Source of the DNA: an uncultured Lachnospiraceae bacterium
Lineage (GTDB): Bacteria > Bacillota > Clostridia > Lachnospirales > Lachnospiraceae
DNA length: 64,000 nt
Direction: 5' to 3'
Assembly: GCA_902798585.1 (NCBI GenBank)
Contig: CADBXF010000005.1
Span: forward strand, 82,824-146,823
This document shows positions 9,637-19,110 of the stretch, one piece after another. The notes beneath the pieces are model-generated. The model made no database searches and had not been told where the DNA came from. It worked only from the letters and a program-made list of their open reading frames with translations. A program made the position numbers and the translations under genes. The stretch's first letter is position 1. Each line of letters begins with the position of its first letter.

Positions 9637-11322
9637 TCAGTTCGAGCCGTTGCCGGTATTGTTGCCGTTGTTTCCGGCATCGGAACCTTCGTTTCCGCCC
9701 TCGGAAGCGACGCTGATGATTTCGAGGAGCAACCATTTCGGGTTGTCCTTACCGTCGTCCGTATCGTCGGTGTAGATGAAATAGAACACGGAGTTCGTTA
9801 CATTCTTGATGTCTTCGCCGGTCTTGGTCAGCTTAAGGTGCTTAAGCATATTTACATGAACGGAGAAGCAATTCTCGGTGTATTCCGTATAGTCGCTGAT
9901 CTCATACTTCTCCAGCCAGTTGTTATTGACATCGTGGAGACTTATGAAGGTGATATCGATACCGGTCGCCCATTCCTTGGCCTTGTCATACAAATAGGTG
10001 CCTTTGACGATGTAGGAGCGCATCTCGGCAAGTCCGTGGTTGCTGCCCTTGAGGTCGGAAGTCATGAAATCACTCCACTTCTTCGTCGCCTCCTCGATGC
10101 GGGCTCTGCGGTCAGCCGGAATCTCTGCGGGCTTGGCCGGTGCATACTGGATATCCACATTGCCCTTCTCGTCCGCCGTAAATTCGACCGGGTTACCGTT
10201 TGCATCGGTGATGGTTACTTCGGGCTTGTGGAGAAGTTTCTCCACGCGGTATGTCACATTCGTGGGAATCGTAACATAGTCGGCCAGCAGCTTCAAATCC
10301 TTGTCAAGCGTCGTGTGGCTGAGGATTTTTTCCTCGGTCAGTTCCTTACCGTTGACCGTAATCTTATAATCAGCCGGTACTTTGAAGGTATAGCTGGAAG
10401 TCGAGGCGCTGATAATCGGCATAACCTCCTCAATCCTCCAATCGCAAATCGTGAGGATTTTCAGAATTGAGCGGGGGTTATAGGCCTCAAGCTTCATCAC
10501 GGCAACTTCCTCTCCGTCTGCAAGGATATCGTAGAGCGGATTGGTTGTTCCGTAACTGTTCTTGCTCTTTCTGCAGGTAAATTCCTTCGCATCGGCAAGC
10601 TTCTTAAGGTATTCTTTCTTGATGATGTCGGCGTCCTCAAACTCGCCGGGAAGCGCTGCTATCTCCTGGGCGAACCATTTTTCGACCTTGCCTTCCTTGG
10701 CCGCAACCGCAAACTCCTGACGGAGGCGTTCGATGTTGTTCTCCACCTGAGACTTCTCGTAGTCCACGAGGCAGCGGTCGGTGTATCTCCACAAAAGGAA
10801 ACCGCACACGAGAAGGACAATTGCCCAGAATCCGAGGAACACAAAATAAATCCGGCGTCCCTTGCGAATCTTCTTTGCTTCCGATTGTTTCTTTGCGCGC
10901 TGTCTGCGAACTGCCTCAGACACCTCGCCCGATTCTTCACCGTTCCGCACGGGTCTCTTCGTCGTTCCCGCGCTCCGTGTGTCCGCCTTCGAAACCGGCT
11001 TGCGGGCTTCCGTCGCACGGCTGTCAGCTGCCTGTGCCGCAGTCCTGCGCGCTTCTGCCCGATTGGCCGGGGCTTCCCCGGATGCGGGCTTCGCCGCCTG
11101 TCTCACCGGCGCGGTGCCGACGCCCGTTGCGGGACGCTCCGCAGGTCTCGCTGCAGGCTTCGAGGCTTTTGCGACAGTCGGTGCCGCAGCAGCCGAGGCT
11201 CCGACCTTCTTATTGATGGAACTCCAGAACTCGTCGTCGTTGCCCTCGTCGAGATATGCGTCGTACATGTCCTGGTAGCGCATTTTGCTGATCGCTTTCG
11301 GCGTTTTCCTGATCTTCGCCAT
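9637..11322 (-). CDS. hypothetical single-pass membrane protein with disordered Ala/Pro/Arg-rich cytoplasmic N-terminus
   Basis: 561 aa. About 170 aa of low-complexity N-terminal region, a TM segment IYFVFLGFWAIVLLVCGFLLW, then about 370 aa of extracytoplasmic domain with no motif I recognise. Last gene of the envelope operon. Confidence 0.7.
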   Translation of the reverse strand: MAKIRKTPKAISKMRYQDMYDAYLDEGNDDEFWSSINKKVGASAAAAPTVAKASKPAARPAERPATGVGTAPVRQAAKPASGEAPANRAEARRTAAQAADSRATEARKPVSKADTRSAGTTKRPVRNGEESGEVSEAVRRQRAKKQSEAKKIRKGRRIYFVFLGFWAIVLLVCGFLLWRYTDRCLVDYEKSQVENNIERLRQEFAVAAKEGKVEKWFAQEIAALPGEFEDADIIKKEYLKKLADAKEFTCRKSKNSYGTTNPLYDILADGEEVAVMKLEAYNPRSILKILTICDWRIEEVMPIISASTSSYTFKVPADYKITVNGKELTEEKILSHTTLDKDLKLLADYVTIPTNVTYRVEKLLHKPEVTITDANGNPVEFTADEKGNVDIQYAPAKPAEIPADRRARIEEATKKWSDFMTSDLKGSNHGLAEMRSYIVKGTYLYDKAKEWATGIDITFISLHDVNNNWLEKYEISDYTEYTENCFSVHVNMLKHLKLTKTGEDIKNVTNSVFYFIYTDDTDDGKDNPKWLLLEIISVASEGGNEGSDAGNNGNNTGNGSN

Positions 11323-11394
11323 AAGTGCTCATTTCCCCCTGTAGGTATTTCTCGTATTGTTCCCTGCATCAACCGCAGGCATTGTTTCGCAAAA

Positions 11395-12489
11395 TTACTG
11401 CTGCGGCGGCAGAACAACCATGGCATCCGGCAGACGCCACGATGCATTCTTGTAATAGAATGTCACGCTGGTCATCTCATACTCGCCCTTGTATACCATC
11501 GTGGAGGAACTTCCGCCGTCGAGGTTGGCCGCATTTACCGCGCCGTAATCAAGCATGACGGCAATCAGATCGGAGGCCGTTGCACCGAGGTGGTCGTTGG
11601 CGCCTCGTCCGTCGGTAACGAACAGAAGAATCGCGCCGTCCCTGCGCTGGCCGATTGCGGTACGGGGGTTGCTTCCGCTTCCCATTCCCTTCATCTCACG
11701 ACCTTCACCGTTGATGACGAGCGGCACGAAATGGTTGTTCTTATCGCTCGCCTCCTCCTGGAATGTCACGGCATCGCGGATGCGATTTTCCCTGATATAC
11801 TTTTCGGTCGCCGAAGCGTCCATACCCTTGAGATCCTTGATAACGAGGAGATTATCCTCATCCATGCCGATCAGATAAAGGCCTGTGTATTCCTGCGGCC
11901 GGTTGCGCTGGATCTGTCCGCGCGATACGACCACTCCGTAGGGATAACCGCCGTTGTTACCGGAGGATGCGTACAAACCTCCGTTGACACCGCCGACACC
12001 GCCGCTCTCGGACACAATCACATCGAGATTCTTACCCTTTTCGCCGAAGGGATATGTGGTTCCCACAATAACCTGTGCGGGATTTTTGACAATCATCATC
12101 TTGCCGAAGAAGCCGCGCCCCGAAACCTCCTCGATGCGAACACCGTTCTCGTCGAAGTATTCCTCCTTCTTGGGCTCGTCCGGGTTGTCGGGATTATCCG
12201 GATCGTCGCTTCCGATATGAATCAAATCCCGGTCGATATCGGTCTCCATGTCAACCATCTGATTGCGCGACACGATTTCGTCAATCTCCTCCTTGGAGCA
12301 CACCATGTGCGCGACAAACTTAAGCTGTCCCGACTCCAGAACCGTTGTGACAAATGTCGCCTTTGCCGACTCCGATTTGCCGTGGCAGATTTTGTAAATC
12401 GTGCCGTAGAGTATACCGACAAGCAGCAAAGCCGTCACAAACAGGAACAGCAGCAGTCGCAAAAAATACCGCAAAATTCTCTTTCCCAT
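11395..12489 (-). CDS. phosphodiester glycosidase family protein (DUF2233/NAGPA-like)
   Basis: N-terminal TM segment and a C-terminal ANLDGGSSSTMVYKGE signature typical of the family. Confidence 0.8.
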   Translation of the reverse strand: MGKRILRYFLRLLLFLFVTALLLVGILYGTIYKICHGKSESAKATFVTTVLESGQLKFVAHMVCSKEEIDEIVSRNQMVDMETDIDRDLIHIGSDDPDNPDNPDEPKKEEYFDENGVRIEEVSGRGFFGKMMIVKNPAQVIVGTTYPFGEKGKNLDVIVSESGGVGGVNGGLYASSGNNGGYPYGVVVSRGQIQRNRPQEYTGLYLIGMDEDNLLVIKDLKGMDASATEKYIRENRIRDAVTFQEEASDKNNHFVPLVINGEGREMKGMGSGSNPRTAIGQRRDGAILLFVTDGRGANDHLGATASDLIAVMLDYGAVNAANLDGGSSSTMVYKGEYEMTSVTFYYKNASWRLPDAMVVLPPQQ

Positions 12490-13613
12490 CAGTCTTTATC
12501 CCCCTGACTCTTTTTCTCAGCAAAAACCCATCGCTTCTGCACCTGGAAGCTTACGACAAACAGGCACATATCCACGCAGAATTTGACAACCGATTCGAGC
12601 ACGCCGGCGGTGAGTCCGAACAGGCTCTCCGCGACGAAATGCACCAGCAGAAACGACGCCGTCATCTGACAAATCGCAAGAATGTAATACCGCACGAGCG
12701 TTCCGCGAACCGACCTTGTGCTCTTGAAGACCACCTTCCGGTTCAGGCAGAAGTTGACGACCGTGCTGACAACCCGGGCTCCGATTGTCGCAAGCGCGAT
12801 GCGAAGCTTCCCGTCCTCCGCCCCCATGCCGGCCTTCTGCAGCCCGACATTAATCAGGAAGAACAACAGCGTGTCTACCAGAAACGAAACAAGCGATGCC
12901 CCCAGAAACTTCGCAAGAACCGAAGTCCCGACATGCTTGAAAATAATCTTGTAAATTCTCCACGAATCGCGGAACGGATGAAAATGCGACGAGGCGTTGT
13001 CGTCGATGTAGACCGTATCGATGACAACCTCATGCAGCGCAATCTTTTTATCCTTCAAAATCAGAAGCTGGTTCGTCTCATACTCATACCGCTCGCCGGC
13101 AATCTCGCACATAAGCGGAAGGTATTGTGCGGGGATGGCCCGCAGACCGGTCTGCGTATCGCTGATGCGAATCCCGCACAAAATCCGGAATACCGCCTTC
13201 GTAATGTTGTTGCCGTTGCGGCTCTTAAACGGAACCTCGGGCCTGCTGAAATCCCGTACCCCGAGAACCACCTTGTCCTTCTCGGCAATCATCGCCTCGG
13301 CGCAGGCGCGAATGTCTTTCGGCAAATGCTGCCCGTCTCCGTCGACCGTCATCACGCCCCGGGAATCGGGGCGATTTTCCGCGATGTAAGCAAACGCCGT
13401 CTTCATCGCGCGGCCCTTGCCCTTGTTCACCTCATGCGTTAAGACGGTCACGCCCTCCATGGCCGCCACCGTCGCAAAAGGTTCTTTGTATTCCGCCGCA
13501 CTTCCGTCATCCACAACCACGATGTCTTTGAAGCCTTCCGCAAGAATGCCCCTTACGGTATTTACCATCTTCTCATCGGGATTGAGGGACGGAACGATAA
13601 TCGTAACGTTCAC
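12489..13613 (-). CDS. bifunctional glycosyltransferase family 2 / GtrA-like membrane protein
   Basis: N-terminus IIVPSLNPDEKMV...VVVDDGS (GT2 DxD region). The C-terminal ~120 aa carry four TM segments of GtrA type. 1-nt overlap with the downstream gene start. Confidence 0.85.
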   Translation of the reverse strand: MNVTIIVPSLNPDEKMVNTVRGILAEGFKDIVVVDDGSAAEYKEPFATVAAMEGVTVLTHEVNKGKGRAMKTAFAYIAENRPDSRGVMTVDGDGQHLPKDIRACAEAMIAEKDKVVLGVRDFSRPEVPFKSRNGNNITKAVFRILCGIRISDTQTGLRAIPAQYLPLMCEIAGERYEYETNQLLILKDKKIALHEVVIDTVYIDDNASSHFHPFRDSWRIYKIIFKHVGTSVLAKFLGASLVSFLVDTLLFFLINVGLQKAGMGAEDGKLRIALATIGARVVSTVVNFCLNRKVVFKSTRSVRGTLVRYYILAICQMTASFLLVHFVAESLFGLTAGVLESVVKFCVDMCLFVVSFQVQKRWVFAEKKSQGDKD

Positions 13614-13632
13614 ACTGCCTCCGTAACATCTA

Positions 13633-14226
13633 TCATTCTACTTGTGTAGAATCCTGATTTTCCGCCTTATCTCCGTCACATATTTCCGCGTACCATGCCC
13701 ACTTCTTATGCATCTGACTTTCAATCAGACAGCCGAGAATACCGAGCAGGATACCGTCGATCAAACCCACAATCACATCGGTCGGATAATGAATGCCGAT
13801 ATACAGTCGGGAGAAGCCGATCATCAGCGCCAGCACCACCAGCGGAATCGAATACCGCTTCTTGAGGAACCGGCACAGAGCAACCGCCGAGGCAATGCTC
13901 GCCGCCGTATGTCCGGACGGGAACGACGGGTCCGTCGCCCTCTTGCCGATGAGCTTAAGCCCCTCGATCACCTCATAGGGCCGGGTGCGCCCGACGAGCG
14001 GTTTTAAGAGCATGTTGTTCAAAAGCAACGACCCCAGCAGGGCGAAGAGCGAACAGATTGCCGCGCGGCGCGTCTTCTTAAAACAAAGCAAAACCGCCGT
14101 CAGCAAAATCCAGAAAATTCCGGCATTTCCGAGCACCGTGATGTTCGGAAAGATGTAATTCAGAAAATCACACCGCAAATGCTCCTGAATCCAGAGCAAA
14201 AAATCGGCATCAAAAGCAAACTGCAT
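13633..14226 (-). CDS. PAP2-family phosphatase (undecaprenyl-diphosphatase-like)
   Basis: Motifs KPLVGRTRP, PSGHTA and SRLYIGIHYPTDV. Start set at MQFAFDADF (AAGGGAG RBS). Confidence 0.85.
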   Translation of the reverse strand: MQFAFDADFLLWIQEHLRCDFLNYIFPNITVLGNAGIFWILLTAVLLCFKKTRRAAICSLFALLGSLLLNNMLLKPLVGRTRPYEVIEGLKLIGKRATDPSFPSGHTAASIASAVALCRFLKKRYSIPLVVLALMIGFSRLYIGIHYPTDVIVGLIDGILLGILGCLIESQMHKKWAWYAEICDGDKAENQDSTQVE

Positions 14227-14364
14227 AAAAACTGCTCCCTTATACACAACAAGTACGGCATTTTCCGGCACTCCGCAAAACACCTATTGTATTATACTCA
14301 GAGCAGGCTGAAAAGGCAAGGAAAAACAGCCCAGTTAACAAAATTGTAGGAATTTCGGATGCGC

Positions 14365-15183
14365 TTACTTCGCGTATTTCTCCGCGAACTTCTCCGGCTC
14401 TAGCGCCCAGGTAAGTCCGGTCACCAGATGCGTGCGCCAGAACGCAAAATCATGGACTCCCGGCGCCGTCACATAGGTTGCGGGGATACCGGTTTCGTCC
14501 AGAAACGCCTTGAATGCGCAGTTCGGCTGATACAGGAAGTCCTCGGTCCCGCAGGCCATGAAGACATCCGGAATCCGCGCCCCCGTCTCCTTCAGCTTGC
14601 GCGCAAGAACCTCCGGGTTGGCGTCCGTCTGCGCCGCCGTCTTCAGATTGCCGAAAATCCACTCATAATACTCATAGTTCGCCATGCCGTTGTCGCCGGG
14701 CTTCATGAATGCGAGTCCGTTCTGAATCAACGCCGATGAGAGCGCAATCACTTTGCCGAAGGTCTCCGGGTACAGAAACGCCGTGTGAAGCGCGCCGAAA
14801 CCGCCCATGGAGAGTCCGCCGATGAAGGTGTCCTCGCGTCTTTCGGAGAGACGGAAGGTCTTTCTCGTATATTCTACAAACTCCTGCCCGACATAGCTCG
14901 CGTATTTGCAGCCGGTCTGCGGCTGATCGAGATAGAAGTTGTTGTCGCCGTTCGGAAGGAAGAAATTGACATTGAACCGGTTAGCAATCTCGGTGAGAGG
15001 TGCGTTTGTGAACCAGTCCGTGTTGCATCCGCTGAAGCCGTGAAGCAGGTAGACCGACTTCGCAGGTCTTTTGTAGTGCGGATTCTGCTCGGTTCCCCAC
15101 GCGTTGTCGTTGCTCAGCACCACCGTAAACGGTACCGGACGGTCCAGCATCTTTGAAAAAAATGTTCCCTGAAAATGTGCCAT
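14365..15183 (-). CDS. esterase family protein (CE1/esterase D-like)
   Basis: YLLHGFSG and the nucleophile elbow GLSMGGFGA. Start set at MAHFQGTFF (AAGGAGAG RBS). The 112-aa upstream extension in the track is Arg/Gly/Pro-rich and crosses a terminator. Confidence 0.85.
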   Translation of the reverse strand: MAHFQGTFFSKMLDRPVPFTVVLSNDNAWGTEQNPHYKRPAKSVYLLHGFSGCNTDWFTNAPLTEIANRFNVNFFLPNGDNNFYLDQPQTGCKYASYVGQEFVEYTRKTFRLSERREDTFIGGLSMGGFGALHTAFLYPETFGKVIALSSALIQNGLAFMKPGDNGMANYEYYEWIFGNLKTAAQTDANPEVLARKLKETGARIPDVFMACGTEDFLYQPNCAFKAFLDETGIPATYVTAPGVHDFAFWRTHLVTGLTWALEPEKFAEKYAK

Positions 15184-15401
15184 GAATACTCTCCTTACCG
15201 GTTCATTTTTCGCTGCCGCACGTCGCCCGGCAACACTTCTATTATATCCCGTCGGGGGACAGGAATCAATCATTTTGATTGGCCCGTCGAAGCAGGCGCA
15301 GCGCTTTTGAGACTGCCCGGGGGCGTTTTGAGGACTGTCCGAAGCGCACCGCCTTCTCCCCGGCTGCCTGCCGCCTCCGGCCCTTTCCGGTCTGCGCCGA
15401 C

Positions 15402-15433
15402 AAAAAAGGGCGGAGTCCTCGCGGACTCCGCCC
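15402..15433 (-). terminator. rho-independent terminator of hsp20
   Basis: GGGCGGAGTCC-TCGC-GGACTCCGCCC, followed on the minus strand by TTTTTT. Confidence 0.85.
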
Positions 15434-15527
15434 CTATGGGGGTATCTGCTTGTTCGTGGATACGAACTGTCAAACCTGCAATGTAACATTTTTCCCGCGC
15501 AGCATACGCTTCTGCGCACTGTGACAC

Positions 15528-15971
15528 TCAGCCTTCAATCGAGATATATTTCTTCTCTTCCACCTTCGGCTGCGGCTCCTTCTTCGGAACCGTGACAATC
15601 AGGATACCGTTCTCGAAACGGGCCTTGATATCCTCCTCCGTCACCTGCTTGCCGACATAGAAGCTTCTGCTGCAGGAACCGCAGAAACGCTCGCGACGAA
15701 TGTAGCGGTCGTTCTTGTCCTTCTCATCGTCCTCCGTCTTCTTGGTGGCGTTGATTGTCAGATAGCCGTTCTTAAGCTCCGCCGTGATATCCTCCTTGCC
15801 GTAACCCGGAAGATCGATATCCAGCTCGAAACCGTTCTCATTTTCCTTGACATCCGTCTTCATCAATCCGTTCATAGGACGGGCGCCTGCAAAACCGGGC
15901 TTTGCCGGAGCAAGGAAACCGTCAAACAAATCATCAAAAAGGTCTTCACCGAAAACTCTTGGCATAAACAT
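15528..15971 (-). CDS. Hsp20/alpha-crystallin family small heat-shock protein
   Basis: 147 aa. Alpha-crystallin domain pattern (DVKENENGFELDIDLPGYGKEDI...GILIVTVPK). Confidence 0.92.
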   Translation of the reverse strand: MFMPRVFGEDLFDDLFDGFLAPAKPGFAGARPMNGLMKTDVKENENGFELDIDLPGYGKEDITAELKNGYLTINATKKTEDDEKDKNDRYIRRERFCGSCSRSFYVGKQVTEEDIKARFENGILIVTVPKKEPQPKVEEKKYISIEG

Positions 15972-16097
15972 AAGTCATTCCTCCTTTATGTGTTCTTCAC
16001 ACATCCCTCATGAAGTAACTCGGGAATCGGTCCCGTCTCTCTTCCCGGACGCTCCGTCCGCATCGGGTTCCGATACATCTTCCCTTGTTCTGACTCT

Positions 16098-16126
16098 GTT
16101 ATACCACTTGTTAGCACTCATGTCAA
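16098..16126 (-). promoter_or_regulatory. sigma-A promoter of hsp20, interleaved with CIRCE
   Basis: On the minus strand: TTGACA (16126-16121), a 17-nt spacer, then TATAAC (16103-16098). Confidence 0.6.
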
Positions 16127-16137
16127 GCGAGTGCTAA
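16111..16137 (-). promoter_or_regulatory. CIRCE operator (HrcA binding site)
   Basis: Perfect match to TTAGCACTC-N9-GAGTGCTAA: TTAGCACTC(16111-16119) ATGTCAAGC GAGTGCTAA(16129-16137), about 140 nt upstream of the hsp20 start. Confidence 0.9.
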
Positions 16138-16205
16138 CAATTTCTTTGTGAATTTTTTGTGTTTCCAAAAAAAAAATACCGATATTTCTCCGGAAAATAC
16201 CCGCC

Positions 16206-17132
16206 CTACGACAATGTCACTGCCGCCAGCGGTCCGGCGCTCCGAAGCACTCCGTCCCGGATTTTCTCGTGGATGGTGAGCGCCGCATGCTGGAGATCGG
16301 CGTCACCCGCGCATTCCGGGAACGCCTCCTTCACCGCCGCAAGAACCTCCGCGCACGCCTCCGGAATTGCTTCGTCCGCCTCTCCGGTCAGCGTCTCCTG
16401 CAAAAGCGCCTGAAGCGAATCGCCGTCCGCGTAGTCCTCCAGCGAGCGCAGGCACCATTTGTAGTACGGCGCCGGACGATTGTGAAGCCAGCTGAATGCA
16501 CTCACGGCCGATTTTACGAACTCCGCCGCGGTCAATTGCGCGGTTGCGATGTCATTTCGCGTGAGGCTCCTCGGATAGTTGTACTCTCCCGTCTGGCTCA
16601 TGCGTATCAGGTATCCGCAAAGTTTCTTCCTCTGCACATCCTCCGGCGGGTTGCTCCAGGCCTCGCGGATTGCGGTAAACTCTCCGAGCCCGTCGTAAAA
16701 CACTTCCCCGTTGATTGCCTCCGCCAGCGCGTAATCCGGGACGGAGAGATACGCTCTCCATCCGACCGGCGTGCCCGCGATGCCGGTCATGCCCCGGTAG
16801 ACCTCCGCCGTGCGGAAGACGCCGTGGCGATTGCCTCCCGCCGGCGTGAAAAGGCTTCGCCGAAGCCCCATATACTCCTTCGGAAGCGATTCGTACGCCC
16901 GGCCGAGGAGAAACTCGTCCCTGCGGCTTACGCGGTCCTCGTCCGGCAAATAGATGCAAAAGCCGTGCGTGTAATCGTGATCCCGCGATACTTCGTCGTC
17001 GTAGCCGTAGCACTCCGACCCCGCGCCGACCAGCCCTGCCGCAAGCAGCGGCATCAGCTCGGGGAACCGCTCCGTAAGCATCGGGCGCCCGTATTCCTCC
17101 CAAAACGATCTTGCAATCTCCAATCCCTTCAT
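16206..17132 (-). CDS. DUF4037 domain-containing protein (nucleotidyltransferase-fold)
   Basis: N-terminus MKGLEIARSFWEEYGRPML...GLVGAGSECYGYDDEVSRDHDY (GS...DD...D NTase-like motif). ATGA overlap with the upstream TPR gene. Confidence 0.75.
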   Translation of the reverse strand: MKGLEIARSFWEEYGRPMLTERFPELMPLLAAGLVGAGSECYGYDDEVSRDHDYTHGFCIYLPDEDRVSRRDEFLLGRAYESLPKEYMGLRRSLFTPAGGNRHGVFRTAEVYRGMTGIAGTPVGWRAYLSVPDYALAEAINGEVFYDGLGEFTAIREAWSNPPEDVQRKKLCGYLIRMSQTGEYNYPRSLTRNDIATAQLTAAEFVKSAVSAFSWLHNRPAPYYKWCLRSLEDYADGDSLQALLQETLTGEADEAIPEACAEVLAAVKEAFPECAGDADLQHAALTIHEKIRDGVLRSAGPLAAVTLS

Positions 17133-17905
17133 TGCCCGCTCCTCCCGCCTGCATAGATGTCCGCCGAACGCCGGCGAAGCTCACCCGCGTACAAAAACCA
17201 GCCGTGTCGCTCGAAGACCGGGGCACATTTTCCGGCGACAAACGCGTAGTGTCCGTTGCGGGGAACCCCGGGCTTCTCCAGCAGGTCGCGTGCTTCCGCG
17301 AGCAGCCCGTCAATCGTCTCCGCGGCGTCCGCACGCGCGGCGATATCCCCGTCGCGGCTCGCCGCCTCCGCGAGGTCGACAAGGTTCAGCTTCGTGACCG
17401 CAAGCTCCGGCTCGGAGCCCGGAACCTGTTCCATGACATGAAGCGCTTTTTCATAAGCTTCCGCGGCCTCCCCGTACTGTCCTGCATCGGCCAGCGCGGT
17501 CGCCGTATTGTTATAAAGCCCGCCGAGCCTTGCGTCCGTGGGCGGCAGCATTCTCTCGTAAATCGCGGCCGCCTTCGCAAACAGAGGAAGCGCCTCCGCC
17601 GCCTTCCCGAACGCCGTCTTAACGGTTCCGCAATTCAGATACACCGTCGCCGCCGAAACGGAATCCCCGATTCCCAGCCGGTCGACAAGCCACAGCGAAT
17701 CCGCGACACAGGCGAGCGCCTCCTTCCCGCGGCCGCATTTGCGGTACAAGCCCATCAGTTCGCCCGAGAGCGACAACATGCCGCGCTCGTCATTTTCCGC
17801 CTTTGCCTCCTCATACCAATACAGAAGCAGCCGCTCCGCCCCTGCCGTGTCGTCGGCCTCGTACAAGCGGTCAAGCTTTCCGATAATCCGGTCCATCGGT
17901 ATCAT
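17129..17905 (-). CDS. tetratricopeptide repeat protein
   Basis: Repeated A..Y..AL 34-aa helical pattern (AAEAYEKALHVMEQ, ALPLFAKAAAIYERM). Start set at MIPMDRI, which overlaps the stop of the MocR-like gene as ATGA (17905-17902). Confidence 0.7.
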   Translation of the reverse strand: MIPMDRIIGKLDRLYEADDTAGAERLLLYWYEEAKAENDERGMLSLSGELMGLYRKCGRGKEALACVADSLWLVDRLGIGDSVSAATVYLNCGTVKTAFGKAAEALPLFAKAAAIYERMLPPTDARLGGLYNNTATALADAGQYGEAAEAYEKALHVMEQVPGSEPELAVTKLNLVDLAEAASRDGDIAARADAAETIDGLLAEARDLLEKPGVPRNGHYAFVAGKCAPVFERHGWFLYAGELRRRSADIYAGGRSGQ

Positions 17906-19020
17906 ATCGTCACCCCCTCCTGCGATTTTTCGCCGGCTTTCCGGCTTCGCCGTTTTCTTCGAACACGGTTTATGTGCCGCTCGAAATCCCCTCTGCGAAG
18001 AAGCTCCGCAATCACAATCTGATCGAGCACCGGCACGGTACATGCGTAAAATCCGAGTTTCTCCGTAAACTCCCGCACCATGTGCTCCGGCAGCAGCAGA
18101 TACCCGACACGGATGGACGGCGCGATTGTTCTGGAAAATGTATTGATGTATATGACATCCGCTCCGTCCGCCATCGCGAAGAGCGGTTCCTCCGGCTTGT
18201 GCGAGACCGTCAGCTCCGAATCGTAATTATCCTCGATTATCACGCCGTCGCGCTCCCGCGCCCACTGCAGGTACTCATTTTTCTTGGAGATGTCCGCCGT
18301 GATTCCGCTCGGATAGCTGTTAAACGGCGTCACATGCAGCACCCGCGCGCGACTCCGCCGAAGCGCCCCGGAGTCGATTCCGTCGACCGCCATCGGAAGC
18401 ATTTCGCATCTGTTTCCGAGCGACTCGTACACCTGCCGGATTTTCGAATAGGAAGGGTCCTCGAGCGCGAACACCGCATCCCGCCCGAAGAACTGCGCGA
18501 CCAGCCCGTAGAGGTACTCCGCGCCGGACCCGACAATCACCTGCGCAGGCGTCACATGAATGCCCCTGCTCCTAGAGAGATACCGTGAGATTTCCTCCCG
18601 AAGCTCTGCCATTCCGGGATTGGGCGACCGTTCGAACAGGCGCTCATCCCATTCCGCCAAAACGCGCCGCGTTGTTCCGGCGATAACCGTAAACGGAAAA
18701 TGCTCCTCCGCATGGGCCGTCTCCTGCCGTGCCGTGCGAGCTGTATTTCCGCTCAAATCGGGCCGCCCCGGAAAATCGGAACTCCGGTAGGCGACATAAT
18801 TTCCGCTTCGAAGGCGCGACTCTACATATCCCTCGTCGGCCAGAAGCGAAAGCGCATGCTCTGCAGTGATAACACTCACGCCGGTATCGGACGCAATGGT
18901 TCTCTTCGAAGGCAGTCTCTCCCCGAACGAATACACGCCGGAAACGATGTCCTTCACAAGGAAACGGTACAGCTGAATATATGCCGGTTCCCTCTTTGTA
19001 TTGTCAATCGAATAGTTCAT
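17902..19020 (-). CDS. MocR/GabR-type GntR-family regulator (wHTH plus aminotransferase-like domain) with degenerate PLP site
   Basis: N-terminal GntR wHTH (LPSKRTIASDTGVSVITAEHALSLLADEGYV). Fold-type-I aminotransferase-like C-terminus whose SFSK-type motif reads TFSRTIAPSIRVGY (Arg where the PLP lysine is expected). Confidence 0.8.
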   Translation of the reverse strand: MNYSIDNTKREPAYIQLYRFLVKDIVSGVYSFGERLPSKRTIASDTGVSVITAEHALSLLADEGYVESRLRSGNYVAYRSSDFPGRPDLSGNTARTARQETAHAEEHFPFTVIAGTTRRVLAEWDERLFERSPNPGMAELREEISRYLSRSRGIHVTPAQVIVGSGAEYLYGLVAQFFGRDAVFALEDPSYSKIRQVYESLGNRCEMLPMAVDGIDSGALRRSRARVLHVTPFNSYPSGITADISKKNEYLQWARERDGVIIEDNYDSELTVSHKPEEPLFAMADGADVIYINTFSRTIAPSIRVGYLLLPEHMVREFTEKLGFYACTVPVLDQIVIAELLRRGDFERHINRVRRKRRSRKAGEKSQEGVTI

Positions 19021-19110
19021 CTGGTCTTATAAAATTTCTCGATTCTGGTTATTTTGATACATCCAATTTCATTATATCCTGTAGCAAACATTTGTAAAGA
19101 GGTATTTCCC

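Noticed and set aside
14365-15519. Long N-terminal extensions offered by the ORF track (esterase 384 aa; also 6618..7133, 17129..18043, 29059..31485, 35202..36044, 38335..39138, 39170..42208, 46426.., 50439..51356, 51357..51878, 60995..62299)
   Set aside because: The extensions are low-complexity, lack an RBS, and in several cases cross terminators or operators. Internal ATGs preceded by GGAGG-type RBSs match the expected family N-termini.
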